Source of the DNA: a virus
Virus record (IMG/VR): IMGVR_UViG_3300043473_000082
Span: 1-47,048 of that record
Strand: one strand, 5' to 3'
Length of the DNA stretch: 47,048 nt
Shown: positions 37,272 through 46,702 of the stretch, piece after piece
How the letters are laid out: the number at the start of each line of letters is the position of its first letter
Position numbering within the stretch: the first letter of the stretch is position 1
Translations under genes and position numbers: made by a program
Notes under the pieces: model-generated
Told to the model about the DNA's origin: nothing
Databases searched by the model: none
Seen by the model: only the letters and a program-made list of their open reading frames with translations

Positions 37272-40200
37272 GCCGCCGCTGCTGCCGAAGTCGAAGCCGC
37301 CGCTCCCAAGGCCTGATCCGAAGCCGGAGCCACCGCCCCAGCCCAAGCCGCCCAACATGTCGAGCGAGATCGGCATGAAGCTGCCGGCGTTGAACGCCGC
37401 CGAGCCGCCGCCGGGGCCTTGCGCCATACTGTCGAGCAGCGGCGTCGAGAAGGTCGAGTTCTGGATCGGCGGCAGCATGCCGGCCATGGCGATCGAACCG
37501 CCCTGGCTGGCCCCCGGCATGAACGCTGCCGAGATGCCCGGCGCCGGGGCGTTCAGCCCGGCCGGTGCCAGCGACAGCCCGCCAGGACCACCCGCACCGG
37601 GCTGACCCGGCATCTGGATCGGCTCCGGCGGCAGCACTGGCTGCGCCTCGGGCGGTGGCGGGGCCGCCTGCGGCACCCGCTCCTGGTCCTTCATGGCGTT
37701 CTCGATCGCCTGTGCCATCTCAGGGGTGATGGTCGGCTGCTGGCCTTGCGGGTGCTGGCTGATCTCGCGCGCCTCGTTCTGGTGCAGCGCCTCGGCGGCG
37801 CGGCCGGCCTCCTCGATGTTGTCGTACTTGCCAAGGTGGTTGCCGGTTTCCTTGTAGCGTTGGATCGCCTCCCGGTCGGACATGATCCGCCCGCCCTCCT
37901 TCGGGACGGTAGGGATGTTGACCTCGCGGCCGTTCTCGCCGACGCCGATCGTGCGCACCGTGGAGATCTCGCCGTCCGGCCCCTGCACCGCGGGCTGGCT
38001 GGCCGGGTCCATGGTGGCGCCATCTAGTCCAGGAGGCGCCAGCGATGTCTTGCGCCGTGCACTGATGTCGGTGGCGCCTGACGTGCCGAAGTCGCTGCGC
38101 TTGCCAACCTTTGGAGGCCCTTCCTTGATGGCGTCCTGGAACTGCTTCTGGGTGACGCCGACCGCATCCAGCCCCTGCTGCAGCTGACCCTTGGCCATGC
38201 CGCCGTAGAGCGGGTGGTTGACCACCTCGCGCACGGTCATGTCCTTGACCATGCCAGGCACCTGGCTGCCGGCGCCCTTTTTCAGGCTCTCGGCGAAGTC
38301 GACGGTCTTCATGTCGAGATACCGATGCGCAGGGTTGCCAGGCGGCGGCGCGGTCGGCGCCATCGGAGGCGGCGCGGCCCTCGGTGGGGGCGGTGGCGGG
38401 GCCGCCGCCGCCGAAGGCAGGGGCGGCGGCGGCGCGGCCGCCCTCGCTGGCGGCGACGGGGGTGGTGCCGCCGCAGCGGGAGGGGGTGCAGGTGCGACCG
38501 CCGGAGCGGCCATCACCGGTGGCTTGGCGGCGTTGACCGCGGCCGTGTCGGCGTCGGGGTACAGCGTGGTGGCGGTGGTCGCTACCTCGTTCTCGGGGTC
38601 TTGCAGGCCGCCGATGCCGGCGGTCGGCACCGCCGCCGTACCCTTGTCGAACACGTCCGCAGCCGCGGTTGCGGGTTTTGCTGGTTCTGCGGACGCGGTC
38701 GCGACCGTGCCGGCGCCGCCCGAGCCAGGCACGCCTTTCTCGGCCAGGTAGCCACTGACGGCGTCTCGCATGGTGGCCGACTGGCTGCCGACATCCTTCG
38801 GGCTGGACGTAGGCGCCTGTGCCACCTGGGTCTGCGGATTCTTCAGCGCGGCTTCGGTCTTCTTGTGCCATTCCTGGATGTTGCGGACGTTGTCGGGGCC
38901 GTGCGCAGCCGGGTTCTGGTCCTTGCGGAAGAACTGCGACCCACCTTGCGAGGTGTAGGTGGGGGTGGAGTTGGTGCGCGACTTCGCCGCCGTGTCACCG
39001 GAGGCGTAGTCGGTGGCCAGGTTGGTGACGTTGCTGCCGGCGAACGCCTTGTCCTGCAGGGCGTACATCTCGGCCTTGAGCTGCGGGTTGTTGCGGATCT
39101 CGGCCAGCCGCGATTGGAACTTGGCTGGATCTTTGACCATGTAGTCCGCGTGGTAGGCCGGGTCCATCGCCTTGGCGAACGGCTCGCCGCGGGCGTTGAC
39201 CCGGTTCATCATGGCCTCGGCCACGCCCTGCCGGCCCGCCGGCGAGCCGTCCTCCGCGATCATGATCGCGGCCATGGTTTCCCGCACCGACGGGTTGGCG
39301 TCGGCGATGGCCTTGTACGGCGCACGCTGGTCCGCCAGGGCGCCGCCGCCTCCGGCGCTGGATGTCCCGCCGGGCAGCAGCTCCTGCGGCACCAGGCTGG
39401 TGGGCGAGGTGCTGGCCACCTTGGCCTCGCCAGGCGGCGTCCGCGATCGTGAGCTGAACTCGGTCGACCCCGACGTGCCTTTGCTTTCCGCCTGCGGGCC
39501 GACGCCCTTCGGTGGCTCGGCCTGGAGCTTGTTGGCCGGCGTGGTGTCTGATGGTGCCGGCCAGTTGGTCTTTGGGTCGGCCTGCGCGGGCAGCCCCTTG
39601 TCCCAGGCCGGCACCGGCGGGCCGGCCGGCTTTTGCTGCGACGGCCCGCTATACTTCGGATCGACCTGGACGTGGACCTTGTCGTTGGCGTGCGGGAATT
39701 CGATGCCGTATTGCTTGCCGTTCTTGTCGGCCCAGTCGCGGAATTCGCCAGACGGGATGTCGCCGGCACCGCCGTGCTGATGGCGTGACTGACCCGGCTT
39801 GGCGGCGAGGCCGCCGCCGTGCTCGAAACGATCGCGATAGATCCGCTGCACGTCCTCGCCGCGCGAGAACTCGCCGAACTTGGCCTGCTTGCCGGTTGCC
39901 GCCTCGTAGTCCTGGCCGGCCTGGCGCAGCCGTGCGGCCAGCTCCGGGTCGAGGTTCTTGTAGCCGCCCGATTCGGTCAGCGGCGAGTTGACGATTCTGC
40001 CATCAACGATCTTGCTGTTGTGGCCGCCGCGCTCGGCCAGGTACTGGATGTCGGACTGGTAGCCGCCGGTGACCACGCCCTTCTCGACGCCGGTCACAGC
40101 ACCGCCGGGCGCCTTCTCATGCATGTAGGCCACGGCCGCCGGGCTGCCGGCCGGTAGCTTGGAGGCATCGAAGCCCGGCTTCAGGCCGGGGATGGCCTCG

Positions 40201-40640
40201 GCCACCGCCGGTGCCCCAGGCTCACCCAGCTTCGGTCGCGCGTAGTTCTGGCCGCGGACGCTGTCGCTGCGGCCGCCTCCGGTCTTCTCGTCCGACTTGG
40301 TTATCGTATGGCCCTGGGCCACCTTGGCCTTGTCGAACAGACCCTTCAGCAGCCCGCCGAGGTCGGGACTGCCGCTGTCGTACTTGGCCTCCGGGGCGGC
40401 GCCCGCCCGTGCACCAGTGCCGGGCGCCACCTGCAACGGCGCGGTCGGGGTCTGGACCACGCCCTTGGGTGCCCGCCCTGGGGTGCCCAGCAGTTGCTGG
40501 AGCTGGGACAGCGCGTCAGGCGAGGAGACGATCGCCCGGATCGCCGCCTGGGTGTCCTCGCCGAGCAGCGGCGTCTTGCCCTCCAGCATCTTCTGCCGGG
40601 AGCGTTCGCGCTCGATCGCCATGTCGTCCATGTACGCCAT
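37203..40640 (-). CDS. Large internal virion/ejection protein (gp16-like) with M15 peptidase-like and SleB-like cell-wall hydrolase regions, Pro-rich linker and Gly-rich tail
   Basis: 1145 aa. SRHQHGGAGD...DKVHVQVD (VanY/M15-type H-x6-D...H) at about aa 190-330. MAAIMIAEDGSPAGRQGVAEAMMNRV (SleB/Hydrolase_2-like) at about aa 440-575. The C-terminus ends ...GGGMGSFGFFGGG. Confidence 0.8.
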   Translation of the reverse strand: MAYMDDMAIERERSRQKMLEGKTPLLGEDTQAAIRAIVSSPDALSQLQQLLGTPGRAPKGVVQTPTAPLQVAPGTGARAGAAPEAKYDSGSPDLGGLLKGLFDKAKVAQGHTITKSDEKTGGGRSDSVRGQNYARPKLGEPGAPAVAEAIPGLKPGFDASKLPAGSPAAVAYMHEKAPGGAVTGVEKGVVTGGYQSDIQYLAERGGHNSKIVDGRIVNSPLTESGGYKNLDPELAARLRQAGQDYEAATGKQAKFGEFSRGEDVQRIYRDRFEHGGGLAAKPGQSRHQHGGAGDIPSGEFRDWADKNGKQYGIEFPHANDKVHVQVDPKYSGPSQQKPAGPPVPAWDKGLPAQADPKTNWPAPSDTTPANKLQAEPPKGVGPQAESKGTSGSTEFSSRSRTPPGEAKVASTSPTSLVPQELLPGGTSSAGGGGALADQRAPYKAIADANPSVRETMAAIMIAEDGSPAGRQGVAEAMMNRVNARGEPFAKAMDPAYHADYMVKDPAKFQSRLAEIRNNPQLKAEMYALQDKAFAGSNVTNLATDYASGDTAAKSRTNSTPTYTSQGGSQFFRKDQNPAAHGPDNVRNIQEWHKKTEAALKNPQTQVAQAPTSSPKDVGSQSATMRDAVSGYLAEKGVPGSGGAGTVATASAEPAKPATAAADVFDKGTAAVPTAGIGGLQDPENEVATTATTLYPDADTAAVNAAKPPVMAAPAVAPAPPPAAAAPPPSPPARAAAPPPPLPSAAAAPPPPPPRAAPPPMAPTAPPPGNPAHRYLDMKTVDFAESLKKGAGSQVPGMVKDMTVREVVNHPLYGGMAKGQLQQGLDAVGVTQKQFQDAIKEGPPKVGKRSDFGTSGATDISARRKTSLAPPGLDGATMDPASQPAVQGPDGEISTVRTIGVGENGREVNIPTVPKEGGRIMSDREAIQRYKETGNHLGKYDNIEEAGRAAEALHQNEAREISQHPQGQQPTITPEMAQAIENAMKDQERVPQAAPPPPEAQPVLPPEPIQMPGQPGAGGPGGLSLAPAGLNAPAPGISAAFMPGASQGGSIAMAGMLPPIQNSTFSTPLLDSMAQGPGGGSAAFNAGSFMPISLDMLGGLGWGGGSGFGSGLGSGGFDFGSSGGLEMGGGAGLGGGMGSFGFFGGG

Positions 40641-42763
40641 CAGGGCACCCTTGGACCGGGTTGCAATTGCTGCTGTTCGCGCTGCTGCGCCGCCGCGTTC
40701 AGCGCACTGACCAGCTCGGCCATGCTCGTCACCGGCGGCGCGGCGCCACCACCTAGCGCGTTGATGGCGTGGTCGCCTTGCAGGTAGTTCGCGCGCAGCG
40801 CGCGGATGGCCGGCATTGCGCCAAGCCCGGCGATGCGGCCGGCCCAGCCAGCGCCGGGGATGCCGGTGGCGGTGCCGAGCTGGCCCAGTGTCTCGCTGCC
40901 GGCCATCATGCGGCCGACGCTTTCACCGACCCCGCCGACGGTGCGGCCCAGCCCGGTCTGGCTGGTCGGGTAGTCCAGCGCCCGCGCTAGCGTGGCGACA
41001 TCCATGACACCGGGCAGCTGCGGGCCGGCGATGGTGGCGCGGGCATCCGGGTGCATGCGCTCGATTTCATTGGCCAGATTGGCCGGGCCGCGGGCGCCTT
41101 GGGCGGGGTGGTTGATGGTGTCGTTGCCGAGGTAGCGTAAGAGATCACCCATGATGCTGTTGACCTGGGGGTGCTGCGTGGCCTCCAAGGTGCCGAGCCG
41201 CACCGGGTTCTGCTCGCCGCCGGTCAAGTAGTTGAAAGCCTGCTTCGGCTCCTTGTCGAAGATCTGCTGCAAGGCCTGGTAGTCGCCGCCCTCGCGCTCG
41301 ACCGCGTGGGTGCGGCCCTGCACGTTCTGGAAATCCTGCCGCGGCACGCCGCGGTTCTCGGCGGTGACGCGCATGGCCTCGGTCGCCGGAGGATACAGCG
41401 ATGCCGTCGGCGGCATCCGGCCGCCCTGCGGGGTGTCGAGCGAGCGGCCGAGGTCGGTACGCCAGCCGCGGAACGGGCCGTAGGGCACCGTCTCGGAGGC
41501 GCCGGGCCGGGAGCCTGGCGCGCCAGCTGGCCCCGGCAAGCCCGGCGGCGGGCCTGGTTGCCCCGGCGGTGGCCGGCCGCCGCCTTGCAGGATCGGCATC
41601 CCGGCGGCGTCCCGGTTAACCAGCGGTGCGAGCTGTTCGGTGAGCCGGAAGTCCATTGCCTCCCGCTTCGGCACGCTTAAGCCGGCCTGCGGGTCGGTCA
41701 TCATGTTGTAGCCCTGCTCGCGCATCGGCGTTATCGCCACCGGCGTGTTGGCGCCGACGCGGTCCTGCAGCCGCATCTGGGCGCCCTCGCTGCCGGCGCG
41801 CAGCGCCTCGGCGCTCTCGCGCGCCGCGGTGATGGCGTTCTCGCCGATCGTGCCGGGGGTCGGGTTACCATGGGTGGAGCCGCGCTCCGTTGCCAGCCGG
41901 TCCAGCGCGGCGCCAATGTCCGCGCGGGCGCCGCGCCGGGCGCGATCGATGATTCCCATGCTGCCGACCTGGTTGCCGAGCGTGCGCTCCAGGTTCTGGA
42001 TGTCGCGGTTGCCGAGCATGCCGGCGGTCGGCCGCACGTCCTGGGCGGCGGCGGCCGCGGCGATCCCCGCGGCATTGGGCGCGGCTTGCGCGGCCAACCG
42101 GTTGTGGCTGTAGCGTTGTGCGGCGCCCTGCGCCACCGTCGGCGCGGCGCCGCCGATGATGGAGCCGAGCAGCGCGCCGGTTTCGCGATCGCCCAGCTTA
42201 TCGCCGATATAGCCCCCGACCTCGCCGCCGTAATGCGAGGCCACGGTGGGTGCCACGATCTGCGAGGTGGTGGCGCCCGCCACGCGGCCCGCGGTGTTCA
42301 GCGCCGTTGTGCCGGCCGCGGCGGCATTGGCCACGCCACCCGCGCCGCCGCCGATCAGGGCGCTGCCGGCGCCCTCCAGGAGCTGGCGCAGGGTGCTGGG
42401 GTCTTGCACCACGCCACCCCCGCCGGCCTCGATCATCTGGGGACCGAGCGGGGTTATCTGAGGCGGTTTCTCGACGCCGGCAATACGGCCGCCGACACGG
42501 GACAGCATGTTGGTGATGCCGATACCGAGGTCAGGCAGGCCGGTCATCGCGCCGGAGAACATCCGGTTCATGGTGGCGTCGAAGCCACCGGGGTTGGCGG
42601 CGCGCCGGGCGCGCAGTTCGGCCTCGGCGTCGGGCAGCCCCCCGCTGGTTTCGGCATCGCGCAGCTCGCGGTAGCGCGCCGCCTTCTGCACGAACTCCGG
42701 CGTGCCCTTGGCCGTCTCGGCGTTCTGCACGATCCAGTTGTCGAGGTCATCGATCTCAGCCAT
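40640..42763 (-). CDS. Putative internal virion/ejection protein (gp15-like position)
   Basis: 707 aa, translationally coupled (TGATG) to the 1145-aa gene. Gly/Ala-rich. Confidence 0.65.
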   Translation of the reverse strand: MAEIDDLDNWIVQNAETAKGTPEFVQKAARYRELRDAETSGGLPDAEAELRARRAANPGGFDATMNRMFSGAMTGLPDLGIGITNMLSRVGGRIAGVEKPPQITPLGPQMIEAGGGGVVQDPSTLRQLLEGAGSALIGGGAGGVANAAAAGTTALNTAGRVAGATTSQIVAPTVASHYGGEVGGYIGDKLGDRETGALLGSIIGGAAPTVAQGAAQRYSHNRLAAQAAPNAAGIAAAAAAQDVRPTAGMLGNRDIQNLERTLGNQVGSMGIIDRARRGARADIGAALDRLATERGSTHGNPTPGTIGENAITAARESAEALRAGSEGAQMRLQDRVGANTPVAITPMREQGYNMMTDPQAGLSVPKREAMDFRLTEQLAPLVNRDAAGMPILQGGGRPPPGQPGPPPGLPGPAGAPGSRPGASETVPYGPFRGWRTDLGRSLDTPQGGRMPPTASLYPPATEAMRVTAENRGVPRQDFQNVQGRTHAVEREGGDYQALQQIFDKEPKQAFNYLTGGEQNPVRLGTLEATQHPQVNSIMGDLLRYLGNDTINHPAQGARGPANLANEIERMHPDARATIAGPQLPGVMDVATLARALDYPTSQTGLGRTVGGVGESVGRMMAGSETLGQLGTATGIPGAGWAGRIAGLGAMPAIRALRANYLQGDHAINALGGGAAPPVTSMAELVSALNAAAQQREQQQLQPGPRVP

Positions 42764-42766
42764 GGG

Positions 42767-44401
42767 CTACCGTCCTAGCACTGCATCGGCGCCGCGCCGC
42801 GGCGGCGGCGCCGCCGTCGTCGCCGCGCCCCCGGATCGTAGGATCATATCCCGGTCGTACACCAACGGCTCTACCAGAGGGACGAGTACTTCTTCCGGTG
42901 CCAGCCCGGCTTTCGGCGCTACCTGCTCGCGGTAGAACTTGTCGGTGATGTCCCTGGATGACTTGATCTCGTCCATCCGGTTCTTGAGGGTGTCGATCAG
43001 GTTGAGGCGAACCTGCGCATCCATGGTGCCGCCGCCCTGGATCAGCCGGTTGAAGGTGCCGACGATGCTTTGCGGGATGGTGCCCGAGTTCATCACCAGC
43101 TTGCCCTCGCTGTCGCGCACCACCGAGCCTGGGTCCATCAGCTTGGCGAAGGCGTACATGATGTTGATGTCGCCTTGGTTGGTCGGCGCCTGCGCCGACT
43201 TGATCGCCGAATTGTACAGCGGCGCGGTTATGATCCAATCCGATACGGCCTGCGTGTTCTGATACTCCTTGCGCAATTCGGCGGCCTGGGCCGGGCCTTT
43301 GTAGAGCACTTCGTCGGCGTTGGGGTCGACATAGGGCGAGCGCGGCGCGTCAGGCGGCGCGAGATGCCGGCCCTTGGCGACGTCGTCGGCTATCTGGTGC
43401 AGCTGCTTCAGATTGTCGGGTATCGGCTCGGCGCGCACGTTCTTGGTGATCTTGCGTCCGGCTTCGTCAGTGTCGATGCGGCTGCGCGGATAGGCGATTT
43501 CGAACAGCCGCGCCGCCTCCATCGCCTGCACCGGCGTCCTTAAGCCGCCGTTGGTAATGCGCTCGTCATCGAGCTTGGCCAGCGCCACGCGCGCCTTGTT
43601 CTTGTCGTCCATCGGACTGACTGCCGATGCGTCGGCCACGCCGCCGAGCAGCCAGTTGTCGCCCTCCGGCTTGTCGGCCTGGGAGATACGCCGTCCGGTG
43701 GGTTGCCTGGTGACCGGGTCGATCTCGACCCAGTTCTTGATCGTGACCTTGGTGTCGTCGCGCTGGTTCAGCGAGATCGGATTGGCCAACACATAGCTCG
43801 GGCCTGGCGATACCCGCGAGGCCACGGCCTGTCCGATCGGCTCGTTCTTGTCGTTGACCGGCACCCACTGCTTGATCGGATTCTTGCTATCGTCGGCGCC
43901 GATATGGGTCGGGAATTTGCCGGTGGAATAGAACTCCAGCTCGGCGCGCTTGCGAGCGTCTTCAGGCACGCCGGTGGCGCCGACGGTGGCGTAACTGAGC
44001 GATGCCGGTCCCTGCCCCGGCTTGGCCAGCGTATCGGCTTTGCCGGTGGCGACCAGGTAAGCGCGCCTTGCTTCGGCTGCGGCCTGCTCGCGCGGGTCGA
44101 TGAAGGTGGCCTTGGGCAGGCCGGCGGTAACGGCGGGATCGTTGATGTCGCCGACGAACGGCCCGACCGTTGTGGTCGGCGCCGCCTGCGCCGCCGGGAC
44201 TGCGGCGTCGAGCAGACCGGAGGCGGCGTTCCTGAGCTGATAGTCTTCCTCTTCCCGCGCCCGCTTGATGCGCTGGTCCTTGATGACCTCGGCGGCGTGG
44301 ATGTTGGACAGCGCCTTGCCTGGCGCGGATTCGAGGCCGCTCACCACGTTGCCGAGAATGCTGCCCCAGCCTGCCGAGCCGTCAACGAACTGCGAACCCA
44401 T
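42767..44401 (-). CDS. Putative internal virion protein
   Basis: 544 aa in the late operon between the gp14-like and gp15-like positions. Confidence 0.65.
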   Translation of the reverse strand: MGSQFVDGSAGWGSILGNVVSGLESAPGKALSNIHAAEVIKDQRIKRAREEEDYQLRNAASGLLDAAVPAAQAAPTTTVGPFVGDINDPAVTAGLPKATFIDPREQAAAEARRAYLVATGKADTLAKPGQGPASLSYATVGATGVPEDARKRAELEFYSTGKFPTHIGADDSKNPIKQWVPVNDKNEPIGQAVASRVSPGPSYVLANPISLNQRDDTKVTIKNWVEIDPVTRQPTGRRISQADKPEGDNWLLGGVADASAVSPMDDKNKARVALAKLDDERITNGGLRTPVQAMEAARLFEIAYPRSRIDTDEAGRKITKNVRAEPIPDNLKQLHQIADDVAKGRHLAPPDAPRSPYVDPNADEVLYKGPAQAAELRKEYQNTQAVSDWIITAPLYNSAIKSAQAPTNQGDINIMYAFAKLMDPGSVVRDSEGKLVMNSGTIPQSIVGTFNRLIQGGGTMDAQVRLNLIDTLKNRMDEIKSSRDITDKFYREQVAPKAGLAPEEVLVPLVEPLVYDRDMILRSGGAATTAAPPPRRGADAVLGR

Positions 44402-44412
44402 AAGCTCATCCC

Positions 44413-45105
44413 CTATACCGACATGCCGGACGCCATCGCATTGCCAAGCCCGCCGCCGGCGATCTGCGCGCCGGCTGCAGCGCCTGCGCCGAGCGACTGA
44501 CCACCATGCTGCACGATCTTGATCGGCTCGACCGCCTTGGCCACGTTATACGCTGCCAGCTCACCGGCGCGCTCGTTTCCTGCCAGACGAATATCCTGAC
44601 CGGATGCGTTTAGGATCGTGTTAGCGCGGTTTGTAAGTCCGAACTGGCTGCCGCCATAGGACTGCACCGCGGCCAGCGCGGAGATCCGCTTGCGCGCTTC
44701 GATCGCGGCTTGTTGTATTTGCGCCTGGATGTTGGTCTTGGCGTAGTCGCCGGCGCCCTCCTGGCCGCTCAACATCTTGCCGGCCAGCGTGTTGGGGTCG
44801 CCCTTCTCCAGGTTGGCGACCTCCTCCGGGGTCAGCTCCTTATCCAGCCGCGCCTCTTCGTTCTCCTGCGCCGCCTTCTGCTTCTCCGGGGTCAGTTCAC
44901 TGAGCGAGGCCGAGCGCGCGGCTTCCGCGTTACGCCGCAGCGCCTCGTCGCGCTTCTGGAAGTCGGCCGCCTGCCGGCGCTGGTAGTCGACCCAGCTGTC
45001 GTTGGCCGCCTGCTGCTGGTTGGCCATGTCCTCCTGCGCCGCATAGTTGGCGTAGGCCATGCCGACCGAGAGCGCCAAGCCAATCATGCTGATCGGGTCA
45101 CACAT
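44413..45105 (-). CDS. Putative internal virion protein with N-terminal hydrophobic segment (gp14-like position)
   Basis: 230 aa. MCDPISMIGLALSVGMAYANYAA, then a coiled-coil, then a Gly/Ala-rich C-terminus. Confidence 0.65.
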   Translation of the reverse strand: MCDPISMIGLALSVGMAYANYAAQEDMANQQQAANDSWVDYQRRQAADFQKRDEALRRNAEAARSASLSELTPEKQKAAQENEEARLDKELTPEEVANLEKGDPNTLAGKMLSGQEGAGDYAKTNIQAQIQQAAIEARKRISALAAVQSYGGSQFGLTNRANTILNASGQDIRLAGNERAGELAAYNVAKAVEPIKIVQHGGQSLGAGAAAGAQIAGGGLGNAMASGMSV

Positions 45106-45108
45106 CGG

Positions 45109-45750
45109 CTATCCTGTGTAGCTGACCGAGCCGCCGCCAGTTGGCGACCGCGGGTTGAGGTAACTGTTAGCCTGGTTGGCACCGTATACCGGTGCCACCG
45201 CCGAGCCGAGGCCGATGACGATCGGCTTGAACATGTCGCCGAGCGCACCCGTGTTGGGCTGCGTCAGCTGCGCATTGGCGGCGCTGTTAGCCGCCGTGTT
45301 GGCCGCCACGGTTGGATCTTCGGTTTGGTAGAGCTGGTTGTAGGCTTGCTGCTGCTGGCTCGCGATGCTCTGGCGCAGCGCGGATGTATCGGTATCCGCC
45401 TTGGCGCGCAGGCCGGCCTCGTTGACCGCCATCTGGTTCTCCATCTGGCCCTGGGCGAAGCCGGCCGATGAGGAGCGCAACAGACCAGCGCGCGCCAGGT
45501 CAGCCGTCATGCCGGTCTTGGCGGTGTCGTACTGGCTCTCCAGTTGCGGCAGCGCGTAGTTCAGCGAGGCGTCTTTGTATTTGTTGAAGAACTCATCGCC
45601 GAAATTGTCCGGCCCGAACAGCGTATCGATCGCGCTTTTCCCTTGATCAAGCCGGGCCTGGCGCAGGTTCTCTTTCTGCTCGGCCTTGCGGGCCTGCTCC
45701 ATCTGGAACTGGACCATCTGGTTATTGCTTGGTCCCGATTTGCCGCCCAT
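45109..45750 (-). CDS. Gln/Ala-rich virion-module protein with MGGKSG N-terminus
   Basis: 213 aa. Shares only the N-terminal MGGK(S/G)G with the four upstream paralogs. SD GAAGGAGG. Confidence 0.7.
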   Translation of the reverse strand: MGGKSGPSNNQMVQFQMEQARKAEQKENLRQARLDQGKSAIDTLFGPDNFGDEFFNKYKDASLNYALPQLESQYDTAKTGMTADLARAGLLRSSSAGFAQGQMENQMAVNEAGLRAKADTDTSALRQSIASQQQQAYNQLYQTEDPTVAANTAANSAANAQLTQPNTGALGDMFKPIVIGLGSAVAPVYGANQANSYLNPRSPTGGGSVSYTG

Positions 45751-45762
45751 CGCGACCTCCTT

Positions 45763-46101
45763 CTATGCTTGTGGACCAGGCGGCGGGGTTAGCATGCGCG
45801 GCTTCGCGGCGGCCTTCTTTTCCTGCTCGTCCCAATACACCGGCGGTTTGATGATGGCGCTGGCCATCGCATCGCCGGTGTCGGTTTTGATGTTGGTTGG
45901 CGGCGCGGTTGATTTCTCCAGCGCGGCCTTGGCGGTGGCGTCGGCGGCCGCCTTCTTGACGTTGATGGTCTGCTGGTAGTCCGACATGTCGATCGGCTTC
46001 TCCTTGGCAAGCGTGATCTTCGCTTCCTCGGGCGTGCCGTAGCCTGATGTGTCCTCCGGCTGCTGATAGTAGTTGCCGCCGCCGCCGCCTTTGCCGCCCA
46101 T
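45763..46101 (-). CDS. Gly-start (MGGKGGGGG) virion-module protein, paralog D (divergent tail IIKPPVYW)
   Basis: 112 aa. SD GAGGAGG. Confidence 0.7.
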   Translation of the reverse strand: MGGKGGGGGNYYQQPEDTSGYGTPEEAKITLAKEKPIDMSDYQQTINVKKAAADATAKAALEKSTAPPTNIKTDTGDAMASAIIKPPVYWDEQEKKAAAKPRMLTPPPGPQA

Positions 46102-46112
46102 GTCGACCTCCT

Positions 46113-46691
46113 CTAGGTCTGTGTCGTTCTGAGCGCACCGCGACCGCGACCGCCAAGGGAATCGCTGGTCTGGGCGTCGAGGCCACCGACCCAGTATTTC
46201 GGCGGCTTGAGCACAGCGCCGCCGAGGAGGTCGCCGGTTTCTGTCGCCGGCGCCGGGGTGCCGAGCGGCGTGCCCGTCTCGATCGGCGTGCCGATCGGGG
46301 CCACGGGTGCCGCCCCCGTCTTCGTAACGGAGGGCGTGTCCGGCGTAGCCAGGTTGGTTGTCGCTTTCGGCGCCGCCGCGACCGCGGCGGCATCTGCCGC
46401 CGCCTTGTCGGCGGCGGCCTTGTCAGCCACAACCTTGTCCGCTGCGGCCTTGTCGGCCGCGGCCTTGTCGGACGCCGCCTTATCTGCGGCGGCCTTGTCG
46501 GCCGCCGCCTTGTCCGCTGCCGAGGTATCGGGCCACATCTCCGCGGCGCTGTTGGCGAGTATCCTGCTGCTGGAATCCCGCACCACGCCGGTGCTCCGGT
46601 CAATGAAATACCCGGGATGCGACGTCGTATCGTAGACGCGATTGATCGCCGCCGTTGGATCTTCGCCGCCACCGCCACCTTTGCCGCCCAT
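46113..46691 (-). CDS. Gly-start (MGGKGGGGG) virion-module protein, paralog C
   Basis: 192 aa with HPGYFIDRSTGVV (compare paralog B, RPGYAIDRVTGDV), an (AAADK)n tract, and GDLLGGAVLKPPKYWVGGLD...RTTQT. Confidence 0.8.
   Translation of the reverse strand: MGGKGGGGGEDPTAAINRVYDTTSHPGYFIDRSTGVVRDSSSRILANSAAEMWPDTSAADKAAADKAAADKAASDKAAADKAAADKVVADKAAADKAAADAAAVAAAPKATTNLATPDTPSVTKTGAAPVAPIGTPIETGTPLGTPAPATETGDLLGGAVLKPPKYWVGGLDAQTSDSLGGRGRGALRTTQT
46381..46523 (-). repeat. 15-nt-period tandem repeat encoding (AAADK)n in paralog C
   Basis: GCCTTGTCGGCGGCN-type units repeated about 9 times, imperfectly. Confidence 0.8.
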
Positions 46692-46702
46692 GGTCGTATC
46701 CT

